Both the position numbers and the translations under genes were made by a program. This document shows, piece after piece, positions 33,009 to 36,010 of a stretch of 36,010 nt of DNA. Source of the stretch: Trypethelium eluteriae (Eukaryota); NCBI GenBank assembly GCA_051942245.1, contig JAVECL010000208.1, positions 1 through 36,010 of the forward strand, in the 5' to 3' direction. Each line of letters starts with the position of its first letter. The stretch's first letter is position 1. Below the pieces are notes generated by a model. That model was not told the DNA's origin and made no database searches. It worked only from the letters and a program-made list of their open reading frames with translations.

Positions 33009-33041
33009 GCGGCACGGTTGCGGCACGGTTGCGGCACGGTT
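33009..33041. repeat. 11-bp perfect tandem repeat (GCGGCACGGTT) x3
   Basis: gcggcacggtt occurs three times, about 130 bp upstream of the DUF7730-like ATG. Confidence 0.9.
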
Positions 33042-33406
33042 GGGCGGGCCGATCCTCAGGTCGAATATCGTCACTGTTTTCAGCCGCGACTTAACTACAC
33101 AGCATGTTCCTGCGGACGAAGCCTCAGGCATCCTTTGATAGAGCCTTTTGAGCCTTTTTGAGAAATTTGTACGAGGATCTTGATGAGCCAGAAGCGAAGG
33201 GATCACTCCATTGTCCTCCGCCTTTCCTCTTCAAGTAGCGATTCTCATCATTTAGGAGAGCACGCTAATGGAAGTCGCAGATGTCCAACGCTGGAAGAGG
33301 CTTTGATTCCGGAGTAGAGTTACTCTCTACAGTGGACACATCTGCCTCTAGAGATTTCCATCTCAACTCTTCGATAGTATTCTGGGCCGGGTTTCAAACT
33401 TTAAAC

Positions 33407-33421
33407 AAAAAAAAAAAAAAA
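33407..33421 (+). repeat. Poly(A) tract (~15 nt)
   Basis: Homopolymer run in intergenic DNA. Confidence 0.85.
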
Positions 33422-34058
33422 TTAGGAAATCGAACACTTCAAAGCTATGATGGCTTGAATAATACTGATGGCTGCTTTTTCCTGCTAGTGCATCTCGCAC
33501 GGATATAAATTTAATCGTCGCCAACTACAATTGCTTTTACCAGCTGATAGCAGCCAACAGGGCGTCCCCATCGTGGCTGGGGTGTGGTTAGAATACATGT
33601 GTTCAATTTCGTGGCTGACTATCGATCTGCTGCTTCAAGAGTATAGTAGAATGGAGATCTGGCTATAATCAACCATGAAGAGACAACTGATTTCAGACAC
33701 CTCTCCTTCCGACATGTGTTCCTTCATTACAATACAAAGAGATCATGACGCATCTCTGTGCCGCCAACATCCATGCCTCAAGCACATCATGGGTCGTCTT
33801 ACTTTCATGTCAAGTCGCTGTTCTTTGCAAGCATTCTGGTGGAATAAGAAGCTCTAGAGATCGTCCTTCTACTGAAAGAGAACCGATATAAGTATATCAT
33901 CTAGCATCTCCTCTTAATATGCATTTCCATATTATTTCACCATTTCACAACCCACATCGTTAATCTTTAGAGCATTTCCCGTCATCACATCCGCTTGATT
34001 TCAGTCTCTTGTTCGTGAAAGAAGCCCGCTAGCCGATGAGCTCTTTCCGCAATAATTC

Positions 34059-36010
34059 ATGATGTGGCACTTACAAGAACATGCTGTTGTCGTTCTTCTA
34101 GCTGCTTCCATCTGTTCTTGTAAATTGATAGTCGATCAATCATGTACCAATCCCAACACAGGTAACTCAATTTCAGCTTCCCGAATACAAGTACAAGCCT
34201 CTTACTTTTTCTGTACAGGTTACTCAGATCTTGTTAACACTGGTCTTAGCCGGGCCCTTGACTTGGATCAAGCAGCACTCGATGCCCTTGAGGCCCTCGG
34301 TGCTGGAGTGGGGAGTCAGCCAGCGGATGTTGCGAAGAGTGATCTTCTCGATTACATCTTTGTTTCAACCAGGCCAGGCGCAGGTCAACCGGTGGATCCT
34401 AATAATCCGAATTTCTCAAGAGTCAAGAGGACGTTTGAAGCCGTGAAAAATTTAAATACCCCGACATCCGACCCTAATAGACTCGATCTGGATGTTAAGA
34501 TTTATTGCGACTTTTCTCGCTTTCATGAGAATGAGAGTTGCAAAACGGATGATGAGGGAAAGCGTATCCCGAAGCCTGGGTATGCATGCGACGATGATAT
34601 AAAAATTGATGTGCCCATGGGCGATGAATATACCGAGTGTAAAAAAGTATTCGACATAAACGATCCTTCCACTTTTGAGATTGGAGTTGACGTAAGCAAT
34701 TTCCCCCCTCAAGATTTATTTGATACAAGAACTGGCAAGTCTCACATCGCACAAGGCATACACCTTACGCTATCCTTCAAAATTCGCGCAAATGCAGTTA
34801 TGCGTTGGATTCTTGAAGGACCGTAAAAATTCACCATACCATACTTGGGTAAGAGCTAGTGAAAGCAGCTTGGTGGGTTCAGGCTCAAGTCTAGCTGACA
34901 CAGAATAGACAGAAATTGAACGTGACGGCCTTTTGGATAAGATGGATACCGGAGCGTTGTTCGATCATACTGTGCTTCACGAACTGACACATGCAATCTC
35001 CGGTAGCCCTACAAATGATGGACCGCGCGGACCTGATGGTAAAGGAAACGGATACAGTAAGTTCATGACCCAGGACCCGCCATATGATCTTTTTTACAGC
35101 TATGCAGCTGACTACTAAATTTACAGGATGGGAGGGGGTCACTAGTAAATCAGGAATAACAGCGGAGGGTAACGAAGGTTACACAAACGCTGATTCTTAT
35201 GCGTTTTTCGGTCTCGGTATGTTGTTTTCGCGGGACATCGCCCTTTTTCACCTTTTCTGATGTGCATACTCAGGAGCAAGAATGATTACTCCAGGCAGTG
35301 CTCCTGGTGGGCAGCAGATTCCAGCAAGGCGGCCGGAGAAGGATGGGACCATTAAAGTCCTTCCAGCTCCTCAAGACCATCCGCCCCGAGTTCGCAGAAG
35401 TCTGCACAATAAGGACGAGGCTCAAGTGGAATCACTTCAGTACCCACCGCTTGATGAGCCAAACCTCAAGACAACCGATCTAGTCGGAGCATACATGAAA
35501 TCTTGGACCGCTAATACTTCATCTATAGCTACTCGTCCCTCCACGCTATCAACGTTAATCAAACCGATATCAGAGACTCATGTGGATCTTTTGAATACCA
35601 CTATTACCCTTGACCGACGGACTCTCCAGGCCTCCTCTGGGACAAGTTCCGCTAGCTCCGACAGTACCAACCCCGGTGGAATCGTTGCATCTATTCTTGG
35701 AAGCGGAAATATGACGCTTGGCTCGACAAATTCGGGCTCCTCTCCCACAGAGACTTCTTCCACTTCAGCCAATCCAAGTTCCAGATCTTCAAGTTCCAGT
35801 TTAACCAGCTCGGAACCGGTCGGTGTACCCGTTCCTGGAAGGAGCAGTTCAGCCACTCTGTCGACGAGTACATCTGTCAGTCCCGGAACAAGACCTTCGA
35901 CCTCTGGCTCCCAAAGCTCTACAGCTCTCAGCTCTACAAGTGTCAAGACTATCCCATCACCCCCGGTGACTGCTACATCATCCAGTCTCAGCGGGAGCAA
36001 TCCGACGCAT
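34059..36010 (+). CDS. Secreted zinc metalloprotease-like protein (HEXXH+D, M35/aspzincin-like) with long Ser/Thr-rich extension; 3' partial
   Basis: Exons 34059-34161, 34219-34691, 34756-34848, 34909-35056, 35127-35216, 35274->36010. Hydrophobic signal-like N-terminus (AVVVLLAASICSC), AQMQLC..FL, TVLHELTHA, SPTND...GY.W, NADSYAFFG, then an open S/T-rich frame to the window end. Confidence 0.82.

Noticed and set aside
35578..36000. 140-aa minus-strand Glu/Leu/Val-rich ORF
   Set aside because: Antisense shadow of the Ser/Thr-rich exon of the metalloprotease.
1..36010. RIP as the cause of the in-frame stops
   Set aside because: Every stop codon is one C>T from CAA, CAG or CGA, so this is not diagnostic. 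The affected genes show no visible TpA enrichment; only small AT-rich patches (~580-640, ~7440-7540) exist.
1..36010. CRISPR array, tRNA/rRNA genes, intact transposase or Starship captain
   Set aside because: No repeat-spacer array, RNA gene signature, or DDE, RT or tyrosine-recombinase ORF was recognised by eye.

Overview
Eukaryotic, intron-rich genomic DNA from a filamentous ascomycete (Pezizomycotina-type genes, short introns of mostly 45-110 nt with CTRAY branch points). I hand-spliced 13 gene models. In order: (-) PTH11/rhodopsin-family membrane protein; (+) DHA2-type MFS efflux transporter; (-) FSH1/LovG-like serine hydrolase; (+) fungal NLR (HeLo-like N-terminus, NACHT, winged helix, ankyrin repeats, extra C-terminal 'SHDQGW' domain); (+) frameshifted SDR oxidoreductase; (+) ERG4 sterol C-24(28) reductase; (+) dienelactone hydrolase; (+) MYND-finger/DUF4470 protein; (-) DNA polymerase kappa; (+) Ser/Pro-rich coiled-coil protein; (+) HET-domain protein; (-) DUF7730-like protein; (+) secreted HEXXH+D metalloprotease running off the right edge. 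No rRNA, tRNA, CRISPR or intact transposase was recognised. The most notable features are the NLR, whose last domain is cut off by a single in-frame TAG while its downstream intron remains intact; a TA-CCT-TA 5-bp insertion in the SDR resembling a Tc1/mariner excision footprint; a possible premature stop in the rhodopsin gene; a transporter/thioesterase trio without a visible synthase; and several decayed gene fragments. Family assignments rest on remembered motifs, not database searches.
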